Part shown: in pieces, positions 36,639-45,941 of the stretch
Layout of the letters: each line of letters opens with the position of its first letter
Numbering within the stretch: the stretch's first letter is position 1
From: an uncultured Actinomycetota bacterium
GTDB lineage: Bacteria > Actinomycetota > Acidimicrobiia > Acidimicrobiales > SZUA-35
Direction of reading: 5' to 3'
NCBI GenBank assembly: GCA_963732695.1
Contig: CAVTAP010000013.1
Span: 265,611-329,610, forward strand
DNA length: 64,000 bases
Notes under the pieces: model-generated
Seen by the model: only the letters and a program-made list of their open reading frames with translations
Databases searched by the model: none
What the model was told of the DNA's origin: nothing
Made by a program: the position numbers and the translations under genes

Positions 36639-37874
36639 TCAGCGTTCGCCCCGGCCCACTTCTTTCACCTTGGCGTAGACGTTGGCGTTCATGCGGGAGG
36701 CGCCCACCACCGGGATGTCCTCGTCGGCCAGCTCCGGCATCCAGTTCTTGCGTTGCAACGCCGCCTCCACGTAGGGGGCGAGCCGTTCGGCCTTCTCCGC
36801 TTCCACCCGCTCCCGGGCATCGACGAAACCGGGCAGCACCTCGTCGCCGAACAGCTGGAGGCTCTCGCAGATGTGCTCGTGACGGTTGAGGCCGCCCTGC
36901 TGGAGGAAGATCACCTGGTCGATGCCGGCGGCCTCGTAGTCGCGCACCAGGGCCCCGAAGTCGGCCGGGGTGCCGATGCCGGGGGCCCGCCGGGTGAGGG
37001 GCTTGGCCTTGGCCTGGGCCATGTAGTCGGCCCACAGGGTGGTGCGGCCGGGCCGGTTGTCCTGGGTGACGAGGGCGCCCATGGCGTAGTTGAAGAAGCG
37101 GAACCCGTGGATGCCCCGGTCGACCGCCTGGTCGGGGTCGTGGTGGAGGGAGAACGGGGCCACCATGGCGATGTTGGCGTTCACCACGTGGGTGAGGGGC
37201 ACGCACTCCTCGGAGCGGATGATGTCGTAGTACACGTCGGCCCAGCGCTTGGCCTCGTCGGGGTCGAGGAAGCTGAAGGCCAGCGCCCCCAGGCCGTTGC
37301 GGGCCGCCACCTCGATCGTCGAGCGGTTGGTGCAGGCGATCCACATCGGCGGGTGGGGCTTCTGGAACGGCTTGGGCAGCACGTTGCGGCAGGGCATGGT
37401 GAAGCCCTCGCCCTCGTAGCCGGGGTAGGGGTCCATCACCATCATGTTGGCGATCTGCTCCGCCGCCTCCAGCGACAGGTCCCGCTTCTGGCGGGCCGAG
37501 ATGCCGAAGCCCCGCAGCTCCATGCGGGTGGCGCTCTCGCCGATCCCGAAGTCCACCCGGCCCGACGAGATCAGGTCGAGCATGGCCACCGTCTCGGCCG
37601 TGCGGGCCGGCGGGTTGTACTGGGGGATGACCTGGCGGATGCCGAAACCGACCCGGATGTTCTTCGTCCGGGCGGCCAGGGCGGTCAGGAACACGTCGGA
37701 CGCCGAGCAGTGCGAGTACTCGTCGAGGAAGTGGTGCTCGACGGCCCAGGCGTGGTGGATGCCGAGCCGGTCGGCCAGCTCCACCTGCTCGATGGCCTCC
37801 TGCACCAGCTGGTGCTCGGCCCCTTCGCCCCACGGCTTGGGCAGTTGCAGCTCGTAGAACACCCCGAAGCGCAT
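36639..37874 (-). CDS. Luciferase-like monooxygenase (LLM) family flavin-dependent oxidoreductase
   Basis: 411 aa from ATG 37874 (MRFGVFYELQLPKPW...). Typical LLM blocks. Confidence 0.85.
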   Translation of the reverse strand: MRFGVFYELQLPKPWGEGAEHQLVQEAIEQVELADRLGIHHAWAVEHHFLDEYSHCSASDVFLTALAARTKNIRVGFGIRQVIPQYNPPARTAETVAMLDLISSGRVDFGIGESATRMELRGFGISARQKRDLSLEAAEQIANMMVMDPYPGYEGEGFTMPCRNVLPKPFQKPHPPMWIACTNRSTIEVAARNGLGALAFSFLDPDEAKRWADVYYDIIRSEECVPLTHVVNANIAMVAPFSLHHDPDQAVDRGIHGFRFFNYAMGALVTQDNRPGRTTLWADYMAQAKAKPLTRRAPGIGTPADFGALVRDYEAAGIDQVIFLQQGGLNRHEHICESLQLFGDEVLPGFVDARERVEAEKAERLAPYVEAALQRKNWMPELADEDIPVVGASRMNANVYAKVKEVGRGER

Positions 37875-37960
37875 CTCGTTCTCCTCGTTCGTTTTCGAAA
37901 CGTGATCAGACCCGGTGTGCCTGTCAGTCTGTCTCGCCCGCCCCGTCAGGAGAAATCGCC

Positions 37961-37995
37961 GGCGTCCGGCGTCCGGCGTCCGGCGTCCGGCGCGT
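37961..37995. repeat. Tandem heptamer ggcgtcc x4 plus one degenerate copy
   Basis: Read directly. Intergenic, upstream of the LLM gene. Confidence 0.9.
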
Positions 37996-38001
37996 GGGCG
38001 T

Positions 38002-38118
38002 GGTGCGTGGCGCACCCGGTGCGGGGAGCACCGCCGGTGGTGCGTGGCGCGCCTGGTGCGGGGAACACCGGGATCTCGGTGCGTGGGACGTCGCCGATGG
38101 TGCCTGGTGCACCGGGAT
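38002..38118. repeat. Three degenerate tandem units of ~37-40 bp, each containing a short GC hairpin
   Basis: ggtgcgtggcgcacccggtgcggggagcaccg (38002-) and ggtgcgtggcgcgcctggtgcggggaacaccg (38039-), with a third diverged unit from 38078. caccgggatct occurs twice. Confidence 0.8.
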
Positions 38119-38171
38119 CTGGCGACGGCCTGGGACGGCCAGGGTGACGGGCGATCGGAGGGCCGGAGGCG

Positions 38172-38778
38172 TCAGGCGGCGGTGCCGAGGAGGCGATCGA
38201 CGAAGCGGGAGGTGATCCCGAAGTTGGTGCCGTCGTCGCGATGGTGGTGGCGGAGATGGCTGGCCCGCAGCTGGCGGAACCAGGCGGTGCGGCCCCGGTA
38301 CCCGCTGTGGGACAGCAGGTGGACCCATTCGTAGGCCAGGAGCCCGGCCTCGCCCGCCGCCACGGCCGAACCCACCGCCACCGGCCCGCCCACCGCCGCC
38401 CCGATCCCGGCGGCGGCCGCCGCCGCCACCGCCCCGTTCGACAGGGCGAAGCCGGTGCCCAGCAGGGCGCCCCCCACGTCTTCGGGCACCCGGTGGTGGC
38501 CCCGGTGGGCCGCCCCCGGATCGAACCGCCGCCCGGCCACCGTACGGGCCGGCGTGTGCAGGACGAAGCGGTGGAGGCCCCACTCGATCAGGGGCTGGAG
38601 GGCGACGACGGCCAGCACGGCGGCGGCGTCGCCCCGGCCCGGCCGGGGCCCCCGGCCGCCGGAGCGCCAACCCGCCGGCGATGGCGGCCACCAGCACGTA
38701 GCCCGACCCGTGGTGGGCCAACTCGGCGGCCACTTCCCGCTTGGTGGCGAGCTCCCGGGTGTTGACGGCACGTGCCAT
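38172..38778 (-). pseudogene. Fatty acid hydroxylase / sterol desaturase family membrane protein, one frameshift in this assembly
   Basis: His boxes HRFVLH and HLRHHH are in ORF 38172..38951. The natural N-terminus MARAVNTRELATKREVAAELAHHGSGYVLVAAIAGGLAL is in another frame (ATG 38778). The frames meet at the G/C run around 38640-38665. Confidence 0.7.
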
Positions 38779-38941
38779 GCCCCATTGTGGCTCGTGGCCG
38801 GGTTCGGCACAGCGTCGGGCCGGATCGTCCGGAGGGATCGCCCAGCGCCGCCGGCCCCCGGGCCCACCGCCGCCCGGGTCGACCGACCCACCTTCGGGGC
38901 CGTCATGCTCAGGGCCGGGGCGGAGCGTCCGATGGGCACGG

Positions 38942-40087
38942 GTGGCACCACAGGAGCTGGCAGTATCCCATGAGCCGAACGGGCCGGCGGCCTCGCCGTT
39001 CGGCCTGCTGTCCCGGGAACCGGCGGCGCCGGTGGACCCCCGGACCGACCTCGACGACCCCACCCCGCCCACCAGTCCGAGCGGGCTGAGTGGGCTCAGC
39101 GGCGAGCTGGCCCGTCGGGTGGAGGAGCTGGGCGGCCTGGCCGCCGATACCTTCCACGCCCCCGACCGGGCCTCGCTGGTGGCGGCCGCGGCCCGCCGGA
39201 TCGGGGCCTGCTGTCCCCTCGACCACCTTGTCGTCGGGGTGCTCGACGACGGCAACTGGCACCCCCGCTCGGCGGTGCGCACGGCGGCCGAGACGGGCGA
39301 GCTGATCTACGAGCCCGACACCGCCCTGTCCCCCTATCCCGACGTGGCCGAGCTCGCCGCCCGGGGCCTGGTCAGCGCCGTGGTGGTGCCCATGCGGTCC
39401 ATCGAACGGCCGGTGGGTGCCCTGTTGGCGGCGCGGGCCACGATCGGGTTCACCGGGCCCGACCTCATGACGCTCGACCAGGCCGCCTCGGTGGTGGCCG
39501 CCGCCCTGGAGTTGTGCCGCACCACCGAGATCGCCCTGCGGGCCGAGACCGAGCGGTCCAAGGCGGCCCTCATCGCCGACCGCCGGGCCGACGAGCTGGC
39601 CGCCCTCCACGTGGTGGCCAACGCCTTCGACCGGCTCGACGCCGGTCACGCGGCGACCGTGGCCGCCGGTGAGCTGGCTGCCCTGCGGGGGATAGAGGTG
39701 TGCCGGGTGTGCCTGGTCGCCCCCGGCGGCGAGCTGGTGACGGTGGCCGCGGCCGCCAGCCACGGGTCGCCGATCCCGCCCCTCGACCCCTGGTCGCCCG
39801 ACGCCCTGGCCCTGTCCACCGGCGACCTCGTGCTGTGGCGCCGCCCCGACGAGTCCGACGAGGTGGCGGTGGATGGCCTGGCCCGGACCCGGCTCACCTC
39901 GGCCTTCGCCGTGCCGGTGGTGGCCGACGACAAGGTGGTGGGCACGATCATGGCCGGCTCCACCGGCGGCCACCGCCTCGTCACCGACGAGCATCTCCTC
40001 CTGGCCGACCTGGCCGGCCAGCTCCTGGTGGAAGCGGCGGGCGGGGTCGACGGCCTCCACGCCCTCGCCACCCGGCACCTCGTCTAG
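38942..40087 (+). CDS. Tandem GAF-domain protein
   Basis: Two GAF-like modules (..LVVGVLDDGNWHPRSAV..SAVVVPMRSIERPVGALLA.. and ..VCRVCLVAPGGELVTVAA..FAVPVVADDKVVGTIMAG..). The start is uncertain; GTG 38942 was chosen. Confidence 0.65.
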   Translation: MAPQELAVSHEPNGPAASPFGLLSREPAAPVDPRTDLDDPTPPTSPSGLSGLSGELARRVEELGGLAADTFHAPDRASLVAAAARRIGACCPLDHLVVGVLDDGNWHPRSAVRTAAETGELIYEPDTALSPYPDVAELAARGLVSAVVVPMRSIERPVGALLAARATIGFTGPDLMTLDQAASVVAAALELCRTTEIALRAETERSKAALIADRRADELAALHVVANAFDRLDAGHAATVAAGELAALRGIEVCRVCLVAPGGELVTVAAAASHGSPIPPLDPWSPDALALSTGDLVLWRRPDESDEVAVDGLARTRLTSAFAVPVVADDKVVGTIMAGSTGGHRLVTDEHLLLADLAGQLLVEAAGGVDGLHALATRHLV

Positions 40088-40106
40088 CGGGGGCTGGCAC
40101 CCCCGG

Positions 40107-40125
40107 CGCCCGGCTTCGCCGGGCG
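40107..40125 (+). terminator. UUC-loop GC hairpin 20 nt after the GAF gene stop
   Basis: cgcccggc-ttc-gccgggcg, an 8-bp stem. Confidence 0.45.
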
Positions 40126-40196
40126 GGAGGCTGCACGTTCGGGGGGTGGGCCGGCGCTAGAGTTCGGCAGGCCCCTGGCGCGGCTGGAAGGAGACC

Positions 40197-42095
40197 ATGG
40201 CTTCCGATGCCGCCGCTCGGAGCCCGTTGGAGGCTGTCCTCCCCGAGTTCGAGATCCAGGGTGAGCTGGGCCGGGGGGCCATGGGCGTGGTGCTGGCCGC
40301 CCGCCACCGCACCCTCGACCGGGAGGTGGCGATCAAGGAGCTGCCGTTCGGCTTCGCCCTCGACGACACCGTGCGCCAGCGGTTCGTGCACGAGGCCCAG
40401 ACTCTGGCCTCCCTCAACCATCCCCACGTGGTGCAGGTGTTCGACTTCGTCGACCGGTCCGGCCATCTGGCGCTGATCATGGAGCGCCTGCCCGGCGGCA
40501 CGGTATGGGAGCGGTTCACGTCGCGCGGGGTGACGGCCCCGGTGGCCTGCGGGCTGATCCTGGCCGCCGCCGCCGGCCTCGACCACGCCCACCGTCACGG
40601 GGTCCTCCATCGCGACGTGAAACCCGACAACCTCATGTTCACCGGACAGGGCTGGCTGAAGGTCACCGATTTCGGCATCGCCAAGGTGATGGGGGGCGAC
40701 CGGACCCTGGCCACGGCCGAAGGCGCCATCCTCGGCACCCCCGCCTACATGGCGCCGGAACAGGCCGAGGGCCTGGCCGTGGGGCCGGCGGCCGACGTCT
40801 ACGCCTGCGCCACCATGCTGCACGAGATGCTGTGCGGCCTGCTCCCGTTCGCCCGGGCCGGCACCCCCATGGCCACCCTCATCGCCAGGATCCGGGACGA
40901 CGCTCCGCCCCTCCGGCCCCGAGCCCCCCACGTGCCGCCGGCCATCGCCGACGTGGTCGACCAGGGCCTGGCCCGCTCGGTGGCCGACCGCCACCCCACG
41001 GTAGAGGACTTCGCCGTGGCCCTGGGCCAGGCGGCGGCCGGAGCGTGGGGCTCGAACTGGCTGGCCGCCACCGGGCTCTCGGTCGCCATGTCCGACGCCA
41101 TCACCTGGGCCTGCCGCACCCCCCGCCCCGGCGGCGGGGGCACGCTGGTCCCCGGCATGACGCCCTCGCTCGACCGGGGCCCGGCCCCGGCCACCGTCGT
41201 CGATCACGGTCGGGCTCTGGTGTCGGTCGATCTGACCGGCGTGACGCCGTCCGAGGTGGTCGACGTGCGCCACGTCGCCGCCGGATCCGCAGTGGGGGCC
41301 GACCCCGGTTATCCCGGTCCGCTGGCCGCCGGGGCCGACAGCCGTCGGCCCCGGCGATCCACCGGTGACGGGCTCCGCCGGCGCCGGTCCGCCGCCCCGC
41401 TGGCCCGCCTGCTGGCTGCTCTGCTGGCGGTGGCGATGGTGGCCGTGGCCCTTCGGGGCCCCGGAACGGCGGCCGACGCCGACAGCTCCGCCGCCACCGA
41501 CCCCGCGATCGTCGCCGACGGCTCCGACGGCTCCGGCCTCTCCACGGTCGACCTGTCGGCCGAGTCGGCCCACCTGCCGATCGCCGATCCCAGCAAGGGG
41601 AGATCCCGTTGGCTGGTGCGATTCAGCGTCCTCGGGGTGCCGCTGGGTCGGGTCCAGAACGACGAGGACAGCAGCGGGGATGGCCTCGTGGGCTTTCTGC
41701 CCGGCTACCTGCGCTGGACGGTGGCCGGCACGGTGGACGCGTCGGCCCAGCTCGTCGGCGTCACCGATCCGCCCCACGAGGTGGAGGTGCGGGCCATCCA
41801 GCCCTGGTTCACCACCGCCCCCGCCATTGTCGTAACCCTGGTGGCCCTGTTCGGGCTGGCCAGCGCCTCGTCGCACCGCAAGGGACTGGCCCGCCGGCCC
41901 GACGCCCTCGGCTCCCTGCTGGGCCTCGGCCTGGCCGGGGCGGTGCTGGGGGTGGCCGCCGCCGGCTTCGCCTGGGTGGCGGGCGACCGCCGCCTGGTCG
42001 TGGCCACGCTCGCCGCCTGCGCCGCCCTCGGTGCCCTGGCCGGGCTCAGCCTGGGGTGGGCGACGCGGTCACGCCGGCCGGCCACACCCCGCTGA
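40197..42095 (+). CDS. Hanks-type Ser/Thr protein kinase with a multi-TM C-terminal region
   Basis: GRGAMGVV, AIKEL, HRDVKPDN, DFG and APE motifs. The C-terminal half has several hydrophobic helices. Confidence 0.9.
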   Translation: MASDAAARSPLEAVLPEFEIQGELGRGAMGVVLAARHRTLDREVAIKELPFGFALDDTVRQRFVHEAQTLASLNHPHVVQVFDFVDRSGHLALIMERLPGGTVWERFTSRGVTAPVACGLILAAAAGLDHAHRHGVLHRDVKPDNLMFTGQGWLKVTDFGIAKVMGGDRTLATAEGAILGTPAYMAPEQAEGLAVGPAADVYACATMLHEMLCGLLPFARAGTPMATLIARIRDDAPPLRPRAPHVPPAIADVVDQGLARSVADRHPTVEDFAVALGQAAAGAWGSNWLAATGLSVAMSDAITWACRTPRPGGGGTLVPGMTPSLDRGPAPATVVDHGRALVSVDLTGVTPSEVVDVRHVAAGSAVGADPGYPGPLAAGADSRRPRRSTGDGLRRRRSAAPLARLLAALLAVAMVAVALRGPGTAADADSSAATDPAIVADGSDGSGLSTVDLSAESAHLPIADPSKGRSRWLVRFSVLGVPLGRVQNDEDSSGDGLVGFLPGYLRWTVAGTVDASAQLVGVTDPPHEVEVRAIQPWFTTAPAIVVTLVALFGLASASSHRKGLARRPDALGSLLGLGLAGAVLGVAAAGFAWVAGDRRLVVATLAACAALGALAGLSLGWATRSRRPATPR

Positions 42096-42537
42096 GGTTG
42101 GTGGTCGGCTGGCGCAGACAGGGCTGGTCGGCCTCCGGGTCCTGATCGGCGGCCGGTGCGCCCCCGTCGGCGGCGACGGCCGTCGACGGCGGGCCGGCCG
42201 GGTTCCGGCCGGGCAGCGGGGCCACGCCGAGCAGGCGGATCGAGGTGGTGCCGAGGGTGATGGTGGACAGGGGCTCGAGCACCATCGGCGCCCGGACGCG
42301 GAGGCCGTCGACGAAGGTGCCGTTGCTGGAGCCCAGGTCGGCCACCACCATGCGCCCCTCCACCAGCTCCAGGCGCAGGTGGAGGCGCGACACCTGTTGG
42401 TCGGCCAGCAGGAGGCCGTCGCACTCCCGGCCCACGTCGAGCCGGTTGACCACCACCACGTGGAGGGGGATGCGGCCGTCCTGGCTCACGGCGATGAGCG
42501 CTCCGGTCCGGGTGGGGCTGGCGGTGGCGGCCGTCAT
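42046..42537 (-). CDS. FHA domain protein
   Basis: GRECDGLLLADQQVSRLHLRLE...DLGSSNGTFVDG is the FHA core. The start overlaps the upstream stop (ATGA). The 3' end overlaps the convergent kinase by 50 nt. Confidence 0.85.
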   Translation of the reverse strand: MTAATASPTRTGALIAVSQDGRIPLHVVVVNRLDVGRECDGLLLADQQVSRLHLRLELVEGRMVVADLGSSNGTFVDGLRVRAPMVLEPLSTITLGTTSIRLLGVAPLPGRNPAGPPSTAVAADGGAPAADQDPEADQPCLRQPTTNLSGVWPAGVTASPTPG

Positions 42538-43764
42538 GATGCCTCCCCGGCGGCCCGGCGGACCCGCCGCCGGTTGAACGGCCCAGGCCGGCCGACCAGG
42601 GCCGCCATCGAGGCCAGCCCCATGCCTCCGGCCAGCACGATGCTGTTGGCCTCGCCCCGGGCCGCCCCGTTCTGACGGAAGATGCTCACCGTGGCCCGCG
42701 CCGGCGAGCCGGTCCCGCAGTCGAGCTGGAGGAGATGGGTGCCCACGGCCAGCTTGGTCGTGTCGACCACGACGATGGCCGGGTCGGCTGATGTGAGACG
42801 GGTCAGGCGCACCGGCCCCCCGCCGTCGGCGGTGTCGGTGGGGGTGGCCACCACCCGGGTCACGTCGGGGCAGCCGGCCGGGAGGTCGAGGGCCAGGGGA
42901 TCGCCGCCCCGGGCCACGGCCTCAGGCCCGGCGGGGGCGGCACCGGCCGGCGTGGCCGCTGGGGTGGTCGAGGATTGGGAGGCCGAGCCGGCGGCGCTGA
43001 GCGGGGCCCCGGGCGGGACGAGCACGGTGGACAGCGTGGCCTGAGGGGCGAACGGCGCGGGACCGGGGGAGGAGGCCGACGCGGGGGGCGAGGTCACGGT
43101 GGTGGAGCGGGCCGGGCGCCGGGTGGTGCCGGTCGAGTCGGGGCTGGTGGCTGCCGGGTCGCGGGGGCCCGGCGTCAGTTGCACCACCACCGAGCTGGGG
43201 CCGGCGGTGGGTACCGGCGTGGCCGGAGCGCTGGGGATCAGGGTGAGGGTGGAGCGGGCGGCCGTGGTGGGGACGGTGGCCCTGGTCGGTGGCAACCACG
43301 GGGAACACGGTGGGGGCCGCCGTGGTGGTGGCCCGGGCCGTGGTGGTGGTCGGGCGGGCTGTGGTCACCACGGTCGTCACCGTGGTGGTGGGGGCGGCGG
43401 TGGTGATCGGGGCGGCCGTGGCTGCGGTGGTGGGTGCGGCGGTGCTTGGGGTGGTTGGTGCGGCCGTGGTGGTGGGGGCGATGCTGATCGGGGCCACCGA
43501 CGGCGGGGGGTTGGTGGTGGTGGTCGTCGTCGTGGGCGCGGCGGTGGTGGGGGGCGCGGTCGTGGTCGTCCTCGGTTGGGTGGTGGTCGTGGAGGCGGCG
43601 GTGGGCGGGGGGCCCACGTCGGGAGCGGTGTTCGGCGGGGGGTCGCCCTGGGCCTCGGCCGGCGGGCTGAGGCCGGCTCCGATGGCCAGGGTCAGCGCCA
43701 GGGTCGCGACCGTCCGTGTGGCCCACGGACGCCTCTCCGAGATTGTCAGCAACGGTCCCTCCAC
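42534..43764 (-). pseudogene. Thr/Pro-rich cell-surface protein with signal peptide and C-terminal TM anchor; apparently split by one frameshift
   Basis: The signal peptide (RTVATLALTLAIGAGLSPPAEA) and T/P-rich run are in ORF 42922..43860. The T/P-rich run continues, followed by a globular domain and TM anchor (IVLAGGMGLASMAALVG RPGPFNRRRVRR), in ORF 42534..43295. The junction is near 43290-43300. Confidence 0.55.
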
Positions 43765-43847
43765 CGCAGACGGGTGTTGTACGCTCCGAGCCGGTACGAA
43801 CAATAGAGGCAGAACTTGTGGTCGCAAAACCATCAAAGGGTTTGTCC

Positions 43848-44879
43848 ATGCGGATGCCAAATTGGCTCAAATTGTTGCTCGTTGTCGCTGCGGTATCGAT
43901 CTCAGGGTGTTCCAGCCGGCACGACGCCGGGCCGCTCGTCGTCACCGGCCGGCTAGCCGATCGGGACCTGGGCTCGGGCACGGCCGACAGCCCCATCGAG
44001 CTACGGCCCGAGCAGGTGACGACGCTCGAGGTCGAGCTCACCAACATCACCGCCTACCCGGTGACGGTGGGCCACGTCCGCCTCGAAGGCGAGCTGCTCG
44101 ACCTGATCTTCCTCACCTACGACACCGGCGTCCACACCACCATCGCTCCTGGTCAGAAGAAGACGGTGGCGTTCGATGTCGACTTCTTCGACCTGAGAGG
44201 GCAGGCGCACGGCCTGCTCCGGGGCAAGGTGAGCCTCTACAGCGACGAGCGCGAGCCGCTCGGCGCCATCCCGATCGTCCTCGACGGCCGAGGCGGGCCG
44301 TGGGCCACCACGGTGACGTTCAACCTCGTGCTGCTGGCGGTTTCGGTGGCCAGCTTCGGCTGGAACCTCTACCGCCTGGGCCAGCGGCGCCTACCTCCTC
44401 ACCGCTTCGCCCGTGGTCTCCGTTTTCTCCACAGCGGCGCAGCCGCCGGGCTCACGGTTTCTGCCGCTTCGTCCACCCTGCGGATCTGGCCATTGGGCAC
44501 GACGGGGTGGGTGTCGATCACGGTGTCCATGGCGCTCTTCGCCTTCGCCATGGGCTACCTCGGCCCCGGCTCCGACGAGGGCGCCGAGGCGGTCCCCGGG
44601 GCCCGGCCCGGGCACAACCCCCCCGACGCTGGGGCCGCGGCCGGCGCCGACGTGATCGACCTCGTGGCCGCCGATCGGCCGGCCCCCGCACCGCCGGTGG
44701 CGCCGTCTCCGGCTCTGGTACCGGCCGACGTTGGCCCCACCATCGTGCCCCGGGCCGACGGGTCGGCTCCCGTGCCGTCGGGGCCCGTGCTCGTGAGCGA
44801 GGGTCCGGTGGCAGTCCCGACCACGGGGCCCGAGCCCACGGTGCGCCTCGAAGGGGAGCCGACCACGCCGGGGTCGTAG
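43848..44879 (+). CDS. Membrane lipoprotein, hypothetical (beta-sandwich domain, TM helices, Pro-rich tail)
   Basis: MRMPNWLKLLLVVAAVSISGCSS lipobox. Two or three later TM helices. The C-terminus is Pro/Ala-rich. Confidence 0.65.
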   Translation: MRMPNWLKLLLVVAAVSISGCSSRHDAGPLVVTGRLADRDLGSGTADSPIELRPEQVTTLEVELTNITAYPVTVGHVRLEGELLDLIFLTYDTGVHTTIAPGQKKTVAFDVDFFDLRGQAHGLLRGKVSLYSDEREPLGAIPIVLDGRGGPWATTVTFNLVLLAVSVASFGWNLYRLGQRRLPPHRFARGLRFLHSGAAAGLTVSAASSTLRIWPLGTTGWVSITVSMALFAFAMGYLGPGSDEGAEAVPGARPGHNPPDAGAAAGADVIDLVAADRPAPAPPVAPSPALVPADVGPTIVPRADGSAPVPSGPVLVSEGPVAVPTTGPEPTVRLEGEPTTPGS

Positions 44880-44888
44880 AGTCGGAGG

Positions 44889-45605
44889 ATGGACGAACGA
44901 CTCTACTTCCGGCAGCTGCTCAGCGGCCGGGACTTCGCCGCCTCCGACATGATCGCCCGCCAGATGGTCAACTTCAGCTACCTGATCGGTGACCGCCAGA
45001 CCGGTGAAGCGGTGGTGGTGGACCCGGCCTACGACGTCGGTGGGCTGTTCGAGGCGCTGGAGGCCGACGGGATGACGCTGGTGGGCGTGCTCGGAACCCA
45101 CTACCACGCCGACCACATCGGCGGGAACATGATGGGCCACCAGATCCAGGGCATCGCCGACCTGCTGGAGCGGGCCGACGTGCCCATCCACCTCCAGGAG
45201 CCCGAGGTGGAGTTCGTGTCGAAGACCACCGGCCTCACCCGGGACGTGCTGAGCGGCCACCACTCGGGCGACACGGTGACGGTGGGCGGCATCGAGATCG
45301 AGCTGATCCACACGCCCGGCCACACCCCGGGCAGCCAGTGCTTCCTGGTGCGGGACTGCCTGGTGTCGGGCGACACCCTGTTCCTCGACGGCTGCGGCCG
45401 CACCGACCTCCCCGGGGGCGATCCCGAGGAGCTGTACCGGTCGCTGACCGACCGGCTGGCCAAGGTGCCCGACAGTGCCACCCTGTTCCCCGGGCACCTC
45501 TACTCGGCCGAGCCGTCGCAGTCGATGGGCGAGACCCGGGCCCTGAACGTGGTGTACCGGCCCCGTTCGCTGGAGCAGTGGATGATGATGTTCGGCTTCG
45601 GCTGA
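44889..45605 (+). CDS. MBL-fold metallo-hydrolase (glyoxalase II-like)
   Basis: THYHADHIGG, HTPGHTPGS and a later DTLF..GCGRTD. Confidence 0.85.
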   Translation: MDERLYFRQLLSGRDFAASDMIARQMVNFSYLIGDRQTGEAVVVDPAYDVGGLFEALEADGMTLVGVLGTHYHADHIGGNMMGHQIQGIADLLERADVPIHLQEPEVEFVSKTTGLTRDVLSGHHSGDTVTVGGIEIELIHTPGHTPGSQCFLVRDCLVSGDTLFLDGCGRTDLPGGDPEELYRSLTDRLAKVPDSATLFPGHLYSAEPSQSMGETRALNVVYRPRSLEQWMMMFGFG

Positions 45606-45659
45606 TCCGCCCATCGGCGCGCCCCTCAACGGCCCGCACCAGCGGCCGACAGGGGGCAC

Positions 45660-45941
45660 ATGGAACTGACCCAGGACCACGTCGCCGCCCTCGAGCACGA
45701 GATCACCGAGCTCCGCCGCCAGCTCGATCGCCTCACGGCCGTGCGCGACGAGCTGGTGAGCATCTACTGCTTCGACGACGACGACGAGGACGCCCAGGCG
45801 TTCGACCACTTCTACGGCGCCTACGATGAGGTGCATGCCAAGATCCGGAGCTTCCTGCTCGATTCGAGCGCGCCGGCCGACCTCGTGCCGGCGGCGCCCG
45901 CTGGACGCTGGCCGGGTTGGGCGTGCTGGGCACGGCGGTGA
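45660..45941 (+). CDS. Small coiled-coil hypothetical protein (possibly the N-terminus of the next gene)
   Basis: Natural-looking sequence MELTQDHVAALEHEITELRRQLDRLTAVRDELV...AKIRSFLLDS. The last ~15 codons look out of frame. Confidence 0.4.
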   Translation: MELTQDHVAALEHEITELRRQLDRLTAVRDELVSIYCFDDDDEDAQAFDHFYGAYDEVHAKIRSFLLDSSAPADLVPAAPAGRWPGWACWARR

